Shown here: piece by piece, positions 20,801 through 28,980 of the stretch
How the letters are laid out: every line of letters starts with the position of its first letter
Position numbering within the stretch: position 1 is the first letter of the stretch
Assembly (NCBI GenBank): GCA_020696385.1
Contig: JAEHCQ010000003.1
Span: 64,001 to 128,000, forward strand
Direction: 5' to 3'
Length of the DNA stretch: 64,000 nucleotides
Source: Methanobacteriota archaeon
Lineage (GTDB): Archaea > Thermoplasmatota > Thermoplasmata > SG8-5 > JAGLSY01
Translations under genes and position numbers: made by a program
Notes under the pieces: model-generated
What the model was told of the DNA's origin: nothing
Database searches by the model: none
Seen by the model: the letters and a program-made list of their open reading frames with translations, nothing else

Positions 20801-23800
20801 GGCCAAAGTAATTCCCGGTAACATTGACACTTTCCACTTTGACGTGTTCCGCATACCATATGGCAAGACCAGCATCATTGCCAGAACTACCACTGTTGGT
20901 GATCTTAAACCCAGAGATATTGGCCCAGTCCGATGTGATCTGAGCAGAAGTTCCGGTTCCCAGAGCATCGATGGTGGTATTATCCATGCTGGCTCCGATC
21001 AATGTCAGAGCTTTGCTGACCACGACATTCTCATAATACTCACCCTCGCCCACAGTTATCGTGTGGCCGTCAAGGGTATCTGCATCGTCTATGGCCATCT
21101 GGATGGTCAAGAACTGTTCGCCAGAATCTGTATTGATGACCGAGCCTATGGCATTGGCAAGTGGGAAAGCATCCATATTCAGGCCAATGACATATGGTAC
21201 ATCCACTATGCCATTGAGATCCGCATCTGGTGTCTGCCAGTCATTCCAATAATTACCCTGAGAGAGTATGCTGGATCCCCATGCATTCTCATCCAGCTCA
21301 TAGACCTGGACACCATTGTCAATGAAATTGTTATGATAAAGGATATTGTCATTTCCTTCTTCAATATAAATCCCATATCCGAGATTATCTTGGATCGTGT
21401 TATTTGTAAACATGTTGGTACGGTTCACTTGTAATGTAGCAGCTATCTCAGGTATGGCTCTAAGGAAAGGATAGGATGTGCCTTCATTGATATCCCAAAC
21501 AGTAGTGAAGTCCCAGCCTGTGAATGTTGCTTCTTGCTGCATCTCGACTGTTGTCTTTCCAGTTCCGTCTGCACTAACCAGGTTCCCTGATGCATCTGTA
21601 TCCCAGAAGCAATTGGTGACCGTGCCTATGATATCATATCCGACAAAGCCTCCCACAAAGGAGGTGCCTGTAGCATTGCCCGTGCTGTAGGAGTTCATGA
21701 CCAAGCCTTCATTTCTTCCAACGAAGCCGCCAACTGAGCCACCGACCCCACTGGCACTGCCTGTGCTGTAGCAATTCGTTATTGAATCATCACTCCATCC
21801 GACAAAGCCTCCAATATAATCCTCTCCATTGGCACTACCTGTACTGAAGCTGTTCATGATCGAACCCCAGTTCTCTCCAGCAAAGCCACCGATGGAATCT
21901 CCTGTTCCGGTGGCATCGCCTGTACTGGAGCAGTTCTCGATAGTACCGGCATCGTTCACTCCAATGAAACCGCCAATTGAGAGGTCTCCAAGGACGATAG
22001 TAGTGCTGGAGCATTCTGTTATCAAACCAGCATCATTCCATCCTACAAAGCCACCTACTCCCTGAGAACCGCTCGCATTACCTGCGCTGAAGCAATTTGT
22101 TATCGTACCACCTGTATTTCTTCCAATGAAGCCGCCAACTCTGTGTGTAGTTCCTGTAATATCCCCAGTTGAATTGGAGTTCGTTATTGTTCCTTGGCCT
22201 AGACCCACAAGGGCTCCAACAAACTGATCACCAGTTATGTTGCAGTTGTCCAATATCAGATTGGTAACGGATGAAGGGATACCCAGATAACCGAAAAGTC
22301 CAACATAATCTGTTGCTGGCCTATTGATGAATAGTCCATCGATCTCATATCCTTGGCCATCAAGTGAGCCTGAGAATTGGGTTGCAAGAGTTCCAATTGG
22401 TTCAAAGCCAGCTCCTGCATTCCATGTTGATGTGGCACTTGCATCGATATCATTCATCAAGTAGTAATCCACAGTCAGATCCAAACTCATATTTTGGAGT
22501 TCAAAGACATTGAATATCATATTGGATGGTGCATTTGTTATTTGGAATGGATAACCGCTTCCATCCATTACTGCCCATACAGTAGTGAAATCCCAGCCAG
22601 TGTATGTCGATTGCTGTTGCATCTCGGCCGTGGTCTTTCCGTAAAGATCGACAATTCCTGTGTTGGATCCAAAGCCAGTCATCGATCCAGATGTATCCGT
22701 GTCCCAGAAACATGGGTCGATCGTGCCTTCATTCTCACCTGCGAATGCTCCAATATCTGAATTGCCGGTTGGAATACCCGTGCAATAGCTATTGATGATA
22801 GTTCCGAATATAGAGCCAACAGTGTTGATGCCAACAAAGCCACCGACCTTATTGTATCCGTTCACATCACTAAGACTGTATGAATTATTGATGTAGTATT
22901 TGTTGGTTCCAGCAAAGCCGCCGTAACCATTGCCGGTGGTAGTATTGCCAACAGTGCCTGTGCTGAAACTTTGGACTATCGGGCCTTCATTGAATCCAAC
23001 GAAGCCGCCGACATCTAAAGCACCGTCAACATCCCCAGTGGCCGAGCAATCCTTGATCTCCATGATACCGAAAGATTTGGAGTGAATTCCCACAAAACCA
23101 CCTATGGATGAGGAGAATGTAGAGCTAACGACCTTTGTGCTACTTGAGCTTCCGGTTATCTCGCCATAATTCTCTCCAACAAAGCCACCGATCTGACTAT
23201 TTCCATATAATAAGCCACCAGCACTGCAATCTGTGATAGTTCCAGTGTTAAGTGCCGTTAAGCCTCCTGCCATACCTCCAGAGGTTTGATTTAAGAAACC
23301 AAATGTAGAGCTATCAGATATTGTCGAGCTCCAGGCCTGGCCAACTAAACCACCGAGGTATGATTTTCCTTCGATGTAGATATTGGTCATGTGAACATTT
23401 TGGATCGTCGCGCCCCAAGTGTATCCAAACAATCCAAGATCACTCTCACCTGGACGAACCATTATCAAGCCGTTAATAGTGTATCCTTGACCATCCAGAG
23501 TACCCTGGAATGGACCACTTGAAGATCCAACAGTGACGAAACCCAGACCACCATTCCATGTTGATGTAGCACTTGCATCGATATTATTCATTATCTTATA
23601 GCTGGCTGTCAGATCATCATTCATTTCCTGAAGCTCATTGACATTGGTTATCTGATATGGATCACCAGGAGTTCCCGTGCCAGTACCTGTGAAGAAAGGT
23701 GCAGGAGTTGGAATTGGCTGTGAAGCAGTTCCTACATTTGTCTGACCTATCGTGCTAAATGGCGCATTGTAAGTTCCATTTATGAATATTCCATCACCAG

Positions 23801-26800
23801 TATTTCCGACGATCGTGTTCCTGCTGATATCATTCACAACACCACTGTGGGTTGCGAGATCGTAAAGGTAGAGACCATCGCCATTGTTATTCAATATCAT
23901 GTTGTTTGTAATATCAATGTTAACGGAATAGTTGACAGCTATCCCATCATATCCGCTGTTACCGACAGTGTTGTTCCTCACTGGCGTGTCTTGAGCTTCC
24001 AATAGCCAGATACCGAAGTGACTGCTATTCCAGACCTCATTGTTCTCCACGGTATTGTTGTGGTGTGGGTTGTCATAAGTTCCGCCATAATCATTCAGAA
24101 TAGCAATGCCAGTCCAATTGCTGTTCGTGACATTATTTCCAATGATTTTTGTATTGTCTACCTCATATACTCCCCATAACAAACCAATTCCATAGTTCCT
24201 GCTATCCGAGATAGTATTGTAAAGTATCTGATGATCGCTACCCTGGCCGAAATAAATACCGTGGCTGTTATTCGTGATATTATTGTATCTAACTATATGC
24301 CCCCAGGTATTTCCACCGCCGATTCCGATCCCACCATTATCATAAACATCATTGTACTGATAAATACCATTGTTAGCATAACTCATATAAGCACCATATA
24401 TGTCATTGTTATGAATGGAATTGTTCTCTATGGTATTATAGTTACAACCATAATCATTTCCGATGCCGAAATAATAGTTATCAAATACGTCATTATCCGC
24501 TATAACATTGTAATCTGAATATCTTTCAATATGGATACCACCATCAAAACTGCCCATACCCAGTCCATTGTTGTAGACTGTGTTTTCCCTTACAATATTG
24601 TAATCTGTTATACCAGTGAAAGAATACAGGTTTATGCCGTCCTCGTCATTATCGAAGACGGTGTTATTTGAAACTGTGTTATATCCTGCCTGATAGAGTA
24701 ATATTCCGTTCTCCCTTTGCGAGTCAGAGACAGTGTTATTATCAATGATGTTCCATGATCCAGTAGATACCTGAATTCCATTGTATTCACAGAAAGATAT
24801 CGTATTGTTCAATATCATATTGGAGCTCGTGGACTGAACTCGGATTCCATCATAATCGCTGGCTGTTATTATATTACCCTCAATGGTATTTGAGCTTCCA
24901 GCAGATATCCTGATACCATGCTGAGATCCGTACATGATATTGTCATACACATGAACATTGGTCACAGTGTCCAGGTTAACACCAGCATCTGCACTTAAGC
25001 TGGTTCCGCCATTGGTGACATTGAATCCAGTTATGTTCACCCAGTTGGACTGGATATCCATAACTTTACCGACTCCACTGCCGTCAATTGTTGTATTGTC
25101 CCTGCCAGCTCCCTGTATTGTCAGGGTCTTGTTGACTATGACATTCTCTGTGTATGTGCCTTCTGCAACAATGATCGTGTGCCCATCCACTGTGTTTGAA
25201 TCATCAATAGCTTCCTGGATATCTGAGAATGTATCACCAGTATCGATGTTTTCAACGGGGTCTGCTAAAAATGGCCAGCCACTTGGAGATACCCAGGGGA
25301 AGTCGTCCTGGCCATTGGTGGAAAAGATGGTGTTCCAGGAACCTGCAGATGTCCATTCAATACCCATGTAAGGCGTGTCGCCTATGCCATCGCCGTTACC
25401 ATCAGCACCTGCATAGTCATCCCAGTAGTTACCACCAGATGGAAGTCCATTATCCCAGAATGGATTGCCGCTGTCAAAGGCATGGAATCCAAGGTTGTTA
25501 ATGAAATTATTATTGAAAATGACGGCTCCGATGTTCGGGCCATCCACAGTAATACCATTACCAGCGTTGCCGGAAATGGTATTGTTCTCTATGAAAGCAT
25601 TATCCATATTAGCTCCGATATGAATACCATGTTGCAATGTACCAGTTACATTAAATCCAGATATCTCGACATTTGGTGCACCGATATAGAAACCAATATT
25701 GTTGACACCCTCGCCATCAAGAATGGTATTGTCCTTGTTCTCTCCGGTTATGATCAGTTCCTTGTCGATATTGACAGATTCATTGTATGTTCCGGATTCG
25801 ACAAATATCTCGTGGCCATCCAATGTCTCAGAAGCATCAATGGCTTCCTGAATGGTCCTGTATGTGAAACCAGTGTCCAAATTACTCACTGGAGTCACCC
25901 AATAATTTGCCACCATCCAAGGATAAGCATCCGACCCAGTGCCTGGAATCGCTCGTGCTGTGTCTCCAATGCCATCTGAATTCGCATCTACGCCAATATA
26001 ATCATCCCAATAATTACCACCAGTTGGGAGAGATTGAGACCATATTTGGGTGCCAGAGCCTTCGGAGTAAGCATGCATGGCATTACCAATGAAATTATTG
26101 TTGTATATCTGGGTCTGAGGACCTTGTGAATTTGAAATAAAGTATAAATGGATACCGTATTGGCTGGCGCCAGAGATTGTGTTTCCAATTATCCGATTAT
26201 TGTGGGTGGCACTGAGATAAATGCCTAATGTGCCGCCAGTGATCGTGTTCGATTCGATGATGTTTCCAATACTTGGAAATCTTTGAATGTACATACCATA
26301 TGTATTGGATGTGAATGTGTTATCCTTAATTGAGGTGTAGGATGATTCCCAATCCCATATGCCTCTTGCATTGCTAGTCATTGTATTATTGTTTATGTCA
26401 TTGTGATCGGCTCCCACATATAAGGCAACAGCAGATGAATAACTAGATGTGAATGTATTTCCTGTGATCACATTGTAGGTGGCTCCTTGCAGCAATATAC
26501 CCTGGCCATTGTCATGAATGATATTGTTCTCTATCAAGCAGTGATCGAAATTGTTAATGTAAATTCCACCATTGAGATTATATTGGTATGAATTCTGTAT
26601 TTTGAGATCCTTCACGGTCACATAGTCTGCCTGTATGTTCACAGTGTGCGTGACTAGGCCACCATCTATGATAGTGGTCAACGGATCCTCTCCCTGAAGT
26701 GTGATGGCTTTATCGATCACCACATTCTCAAAGTATGTTCCCGCACTGACCAGGATCGTATGCCCGTCTAGTGTCTCAGAGGCATCAATAGCCTCCTGGA

Positions 26801-26972
26801 TCGTGTTATAGCCAAAACCTGTGTCAATATTCTCCACAAGATATAGGGCATTGTCTTCATCTCCAAGATTCATCCCTATAACACTCACTGGCATTATCAT
26901 CATTACTGCTAATACAATTCCTAATATCTGTTGAACTGATCTCATATTTGTCCTCTCCGATTCATTGTGCAC
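14898..26972 (-). CDS. Giant surface protein (4024 aa): NosD/PbH1 beta-helix repeats, GLUG repeats, Ig-like domain, long coiled-coil stalk, TM anchor and C-terminal CxxC..CxxC tail
   Basis: Signal peptide; repeated IQEAIDAS..DGHTI and NNF..N..GGNYW.D modules; GGFVG.N.G.I..S.STG repeats; helical amphipathic region; IIMLLLIIVIILLLV; CAYC/CNDC. Confidence 0.9.
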   Translation of the reverse strand: MHNESERTNMRSVQQILGIVLAVMMIMPVSVIGMNLGDEDNALYLVENIDTGFGYNTIQEAIDASETLDGHTILVSAGTYFENVVIDKAITLQGEDPLTTIIDGGLVTHTVNIQADYVTVKDLKIQNSYQYNLNGGIYINNFDHCLIENNIIHDNGQGILLQGATYNVITGNTFTSSYSSAVALYVGADHNDINNNTMTSNARGIWDWESSYTSIKDNTFTSNTYGMYIQRFPSIGNIIESNTITGGTLGIYLSATHNNRIIGNTISGASQYGIHLYFISNSQGPQTQIYNNNFIGNAMHAYSEGSGTQIWSQSLPTGGNYWDDYIGVDANSDGIGDTARAIPGTGSDAYPWMVANYWVTPVSNLDTGFTYRTIQEAIDASETLDGHEIFVESGTYNESVNIDKELIITGENKDNTILDGEGVNNIGFYIGAPNVEISGFNVTGTLQHGIHIGANMDNAFIENNTISGNAGNGITVDGPNIGAVIFNNNFINNLGFHAFDSGNPFWDNGLPSGGNYWDDYAGADGNGDGIGDTPYMGIEWTSAGSWNTIFSTNGQDDFPWVSPSGWPFLADPVENIDTGDTFSDIQEAIDDSNTVDGHTIIVAEGTYTENVIVNKTLTIQGAGRDNTTIDGSGVGKVMDIQSNWVNITGFNVTNGGTSLSADAGVNLDTVTNVHVYDNIMYGSQHGIRISAGSSNTIEGNIITASDYDGIRVQSTSSNMILNNTISFCEYNGIQVSTGSWNIIDNNTVSDSQRENGILLYQAGYNTVSNNTVFDNDEDGINLYSFTGITDYNIVRENTVYNNGLGMGSFDGGIHIERYSDYNVIADNDVFDNYYFGIGNDYGCNYNTIENNSIHNNDIYGAYMSYANNGIYQYNDVYDNGGIGIGGGNTWGHIVRYNNITNNSHGIYFGQGSDHQILYNTISDSRNYGIGLLWGVYEVDNTKIIGNNVTNSNWTGIAILNDYGGTYDNPHHNNTVENNEVWNSSHFGIWLLEAQDTPVRNNTVGNSGYDGIAVNYSVNIDITNNMILNNNGDGLYLYDLATHSGVVNDISRNTIVGNTGDGIFINGTYNAPFSTIGQTNVGTASQPIPTPAPFFTGTGTGTPGDPYQITNVNELQEMNDDLTASYKIMNNIDASATSTWNGGLGFVTVGSSSGPFQGTLDGQGYTINGLIMVRPGESDLGLFGYTWGATIQNVHMTNIYIEGKSYLGGLVGQAWSSTISDSSTFGFLNQTSGGMAGGLTALNTGTITDCSAGGLLYGNSQIGGFVGENYGEITGSSSSTKVVSSTFSSSIGGFVGIHSKSFGIMEIKDCSATGDVDGALDVGGFVGFNEGPIVQSFSTGTVGNTTTGNGYGGFAGTNKYYINNSYSLSDVNGYNKVGGFVGINTVGSIFGTIINSYCTGIPTGNSDIGAFAGENEGTIDPCFWDTDTSGSMTGFGSNTGIVDLYGKTTAEMQQQSTYTGWDFTTVWAVMDGSGYPFQITNAPSNMIFNVFELQNMSLDLTVDYYLMNDIDASATSTWNAGAGFEPIGTLATQFSGSLDGQGYEIDGLFINRPATDYVGLFGYLGIPSSVTNLILDNCNITGDQFVGALVGLGQGTITNSNSTGDITGTTHRVGGFIGRNTGGTITNCFSAGNASGSQGVGGFVGWNDAGLITECSSTTIVLGDLSIGGFIGVNDAGTIENCSSTGDATGTGDSIGGFAGENWGSIMNSFSTGSANGEDYIGGFVGWSDDSITNCYSTGSASGVGGSVGGFVGRNEGLVMNSYSTGNATGTSFVGGFVGYDIIGTVTNCFWDTDASGNLVSADGTGKTTVEMQQEATFTGWDFTTVWDINEGTSYPFLRAIPEIAATLQVNRTNMFTNNTIQDNLGYGIYIEEGNDNILYHNNFIDNGVQVYELDENAWGSSILSQGNYWNDWQTPDADLNGIVDVPYVIGLNMDAFPLANAIGSVINTDSGEQFLTIQMAIDDADTLDGHTITVGEGEYYENVVVSKALTLIGASMDNTTIDALGTGTSAQITSDWANISGFKITNSGSSGNDAGLAIWYAEHVKVESVNVTGNYFGLGYYNSNYSYVANSSMGSNILTGIRVVWNSNFNLIENNMVYDNGNLGIYVADGSDSNTITQNDIIDNIGQLRITSVSQWNNVTWNDLSASSTAQNILQIDGPTNCIVDNNTITGGATGIYFTGASNNIISHNTISDTNSYGIDMYSASDSTKVHNNTIINTNLYGIISTGNSNIFRDNDILDSNSYGMRFRGSSNIIAWNTINNSAANGLSMYGTSTLNTIHNNTVTNSTVDGIALEDDDCDNNKILDNTIQYNRIGIYVYHGDSNKIYRNEISYNSEEGINFYWYADWAEVIDNYVHNNTGAGIYFEGSYPDDAIIESNTVGFNGGQGIQMDSTSPHYIANNTIYNNTGTGLYLFSDGATVFQNMIYGNGLDGLMLNGADGVIVRYNDFYDNAANGINIVNTDLCDINNNTILNSGIGFRIWDYSDNNLIRWNMVSGNGNGIWNGGSANTANGNEISNNTFRDGTNGIYVTSPGSFNGNYIFHNNFINNTVHILDSFAANTYNLGYAQGGNYFDTWTSPDINWDGFVDVPYVIDGDSTDYFPHTNPFGWNMLHPDQHVLNWDQGLWYDTLQGAIANASDGDELHLDDMTYFEDVTVDGVDVLIRDSSFNLTGQLVIRNGGTLTVDPSFWNQTGDIWVESGGSLILDETELRMNNAFHGQYLIQVNSTGTFNLIEGSTVMSNTTFGYLINVMSGAGFRVENSTIRDAGWDWSNEGVEVYANGVFLYNATFTGNAHGLYLRSDNNYIINSTISNSDEGYGLYLRDADYNTIINTVITNSDSGGVFAFNCDYNTIEGSTITSSLWRGIRLQSSNYNVINGSTFNSNAQNDISLSDSDSNYVTNNLMSSSMIGVLVTLTSTGNLVSGNTITGAISEGIRLSDGTFGNTVISNIITSSPIGIYSWDSGDNLITGNTMNALTAFGLGVRGSDYTTPMSLNTITNSPTGVFGVDSTFTIENFTFSGNGFELALDQDSHITTLNSTFNKASINYMDALSTLEIQWFMDVYVRDDMMQPVPGAQVEIADIFNTPLYNVNADANGYARWNIVTEYVEDQASQTANTPHLAIANNGLLMGSTVASIDMSKEVTVTLSSTTPPTNVDVTTGLQYDANGVEYDIMASVTQNGQALVPDAFTNVSVTIFDDTMTKIVDNASMNILDASFGLYTYSDSIPAAGTYFVAVNAQIAGFNYIGITSFEVVGWIQTITDINATVTANNALIQAYWTDFNATWATWDAQFDSYWSYFNTTTDGLNITLQDQIAIVYTQMNDFEGNMTALLNDLDADLGQLDINVTNMDAVMQAYFQSMWDEHNDTQALHGLYWADWNMTSAALGADIDFLNATLLQVQLDLASLDATANIILAQLLAHRDDFNLTWDNWHLYFQAYQNYLNTTMDGLNLTIQAEGASIRSQMSGFEANITLLLSDLSGNLGQLDANLTSMDAAMQNYFQIMWGQHNDTHTLQSLYWTSWNTTMTQIQNDLNFANMTQLAMQSSLNDLRAEFTVFWAHYNTTMAAQTSQINDWFNTTWADASSQTSQVNDWFNMTWGDIMAQTSQTNAWFNTTWTDMAATESYISGMLSSQDLNISAMDASIASMRFAMDSGMTNLSMENMMTYGQISAYWADFNTTLDLMQADVDYVNATLLQVQIDLAWLNMSVSDLQADIDYLNMTVASLYSDLWQVEGNLTSLIDGLNLTFMDELARVDFALYSQIMNQTADLTLLLDGLSMDLDGLNITMQDGLASALIDMIAALDADTAYLDSRIVDLENMVDGFYSDLNNSLAGLRELLVSHDENMTADLVLLDDTIRDLNSLTLAELTQRLNWISANLSSHDIGALLYLQALNQDIMDFQDNINATLADIDDTLAELAKLDEIRADLFTLAQSLDEAEASVMDKVGAESSEQQGNQNIIMLLLIIVIILLLVNTVISMRKGGSDKEKPEPAKEDKCAYCGVSGKTGSSDGEGDFVCNDCADSMKTSEEE

Positions 26973-27335
26973 GCAAATCGCGTACCTTAACTCTGTTACA
27001 ACACGGGATTAACAGATTATTAATATAGTTATGCACTAATAAAAATAAATATGAATATATGTATATAATGCACCATATAATAATTAACGATGGTTAATGA
27101 AACTATTGTAATAATAAAATGTTAATTATTATATGCAAAACGCACCATTATTACACCCAATGATGCGGAAAGATAACTAAAAAATAAGATATAAAGCAAA
27201 AGCGCCGAGGGGGAGACGAGCAAAGATGTTTCTTTGCGAGCAAGACCAAAAATGTTACATATTCCAGCGATGACTTTTGGTTGTAGTTTTCGAATCGACC
27301 CCTCAGCGCTGGCTATCAATATTAAAATGCAAAAG

Positions 27336-27455
27336 CGCCGAGGGGGAGATTCGAACTCCCGAGGTGAAACACCACCGGCTTTCTGACCCAGAAATGAAAT
27401 GAAATGACATTTCTGAATTCGAGGCCGGCGCCCTACCGGACTAGACTACCTCGGC
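27336..27455 (-). tRNA. tRNA-Ser(CGA) with a 37-nt intron at position 37/38 (intron 27381-27417)
   Basis: Acceptor GCCGAGG/CCTCGGC; anticodon stem CCGGC-CT-CGA-A|intron|A-GCCGG; long variable arm GGTG-TTT-CACC; T-arm GGGAG-TTCGAAT-CTCCC. Confidence 0.92.
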
Positions 27456-27642
27456 TTTTGGTTTATATATTCAGAGAGGTAGGAAAGTACGGGTTAGGCC
27501 CGTGAGTGAAACGTCAGGGCCGGTTACCGGACTAGACTACCTCGGCATATGCTAAGTTCCCTGTAATATCACCAATTATAAAATCTCACCTATCAAACGA
27601 AAAGGTTATTTCTATTCCGGCAATACGGGTGTCGGTGAGCCC

Positions 27643-28980
27643 ATGGCCCAGAATAATGAAGAAAAGCAGATGCTGGATTATCTCGGCATAGATTCGGTAG
27701 AGAGACTGTTCGATGACATACCAGAGCAGGTCAAGGTAGATGGACTTGACCTTCCATGTGGTGTTTCCGAGCTGGAAGTAAAAAGGCAGCTCGGGAAGAT
27801 ACTGAACAGGAATGTTTCGGTGGACGATATCCCTTCATTCCTCGGCTCTGGAACCTATGATATTTACATCCCTTCAGCAGTGGGCGCGATACTGGGCCGC
27901 TCCGAATTTTATTCATCCTATACACCTTATCAGCCAGAAACCAGCCAGGGCATGCTGCAATCGATGTTCGAGTACCAATCAATGATGAGCGAATTGACTG
28001 GAATGGAAGCAGTCAACAATTCGATGTATGACTGGGCGACCGCGCTTGGAGAGGCGATTCTTATGTCCGCACGCCTGAAAAAAGGCGGACAGTTCCTTGT
28101 TCCTCGTATGATAAGCGCATCAAAGCGCTCGGTCCTTGACAATTATGTTGATGGGGCCGGGATACAGATCGTGGAAATTGGCCATGATGAGAAGACTGGC
28201 CAGTTGGATCTTGATGATCTGAAATCGAAGATCACACCTGAAACAATTGGGGCCTATGTGGAATCACCCAATATGTTCGGCGTATTCGAGGAGAAGATGG
28301 AGCAATTCAGGGAGATACTGGCCGACAGAATAATGGTAGTCGGAGCAAACCCGCTTTCCCTGGCGATCGCAAAACCACCCGGGGAGCACGGGGCGGACAT
28401 AGTGATAGGCGATGGCCAGATCTTTGGAAATCCCATGAACTATGGAGGGCCGCATTTGGGCTTTTTCTCTTGTAAGAAAAAGCTGGTCAGAAAGATGCCG
28501 GGCAGAATTGTAGGATTGACACATGACACTGATGGCCAGCAGGCTTATTGTATGACCCTGCAGACCCGTGAACAGCATATTCGCCGTGAAAAGGCAACAT
28601 CCAATATCTGCTCCAATGAAGCATTGACCACACTGGCTGCCGCGGTCTATATGTCATTGAAAGGCGGAAAAGGACTTCAAGAACTGGCCATGGAATTAAT
28701 GGAGAAGGCCAGTGCTCTGGGCCAGCGTCTATCGACCATCGAAGGCGTGAGGACACCCTGCTTTGATGGATATTCATTTAATGAGATAACAGTAGAATTA
28801 CCTGCCTCCGCCAGTATAATATTTGACGAACTGGCAGAGAGGAATATCATCGGCGGAAAGCCTCTCGCCGATGTGCCCGGAATGGAGAATATGATGGTCT
28901 TTGCGGTGACTGACAAGACCACGGATGGCGATATAGAGAAGCTGGCTACTGCTCTTAATGAGATACTGGGGGCGATTTGA
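27643..28980 (+). CDS. gcvPA: Glycine dehydrogenase (decarboxylating) subunit 1
   Basis: SYTPYQPE.SQG.LQ..FEYQS, NNSMYD.ATA, LQTREQHIRREKATSNICSN motifs. Confidence 0.95.
   Translation: MAQNNEEKQMLDYLGIDSVERLFDDIPEQVKVDGLDLPCGVSELEVKRQLGKILNRNVSVDDIPSFLGSGTYDIYIPSAVGAILGRSEFYSSYTPYQPETSQGMLQSMFEYQSMMSELTGMEAVNNSMYDWATALGEAILMSARLKKGGQFLVPRMISASKRSVLDNYVDGAGIQIVEIGHDEKTGQLDLDDLKSKITPETIGAYVESPNMFGVFEEKMEQFREILADRIMVVGANPLSLAIAKPPGEHGADIVIGDGQIFGNPMNYGGPHLGFFSCKKKLVRKMPGRIVGLTHDTDGQQAYCMTLQTREQHIRREKATSNICSNEALTTLAAAVYMSLKGGKGLQELAMELMEKASALGQRLSTIEGVRTPCFDGYSFNEITVELPASASIIFDELAERNIIGGKPLADVPGMENMMVFAVTDKTTDGDIEKLATALNEILGAI

Noticed and set aside
27490-27522. Possible hammerhead ribozyme (CTGAC / GAAAC words) in the tRNA-Ser leader
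   Set aside because: The CUGANGA core and GAAA are not on the same strand in the required order.
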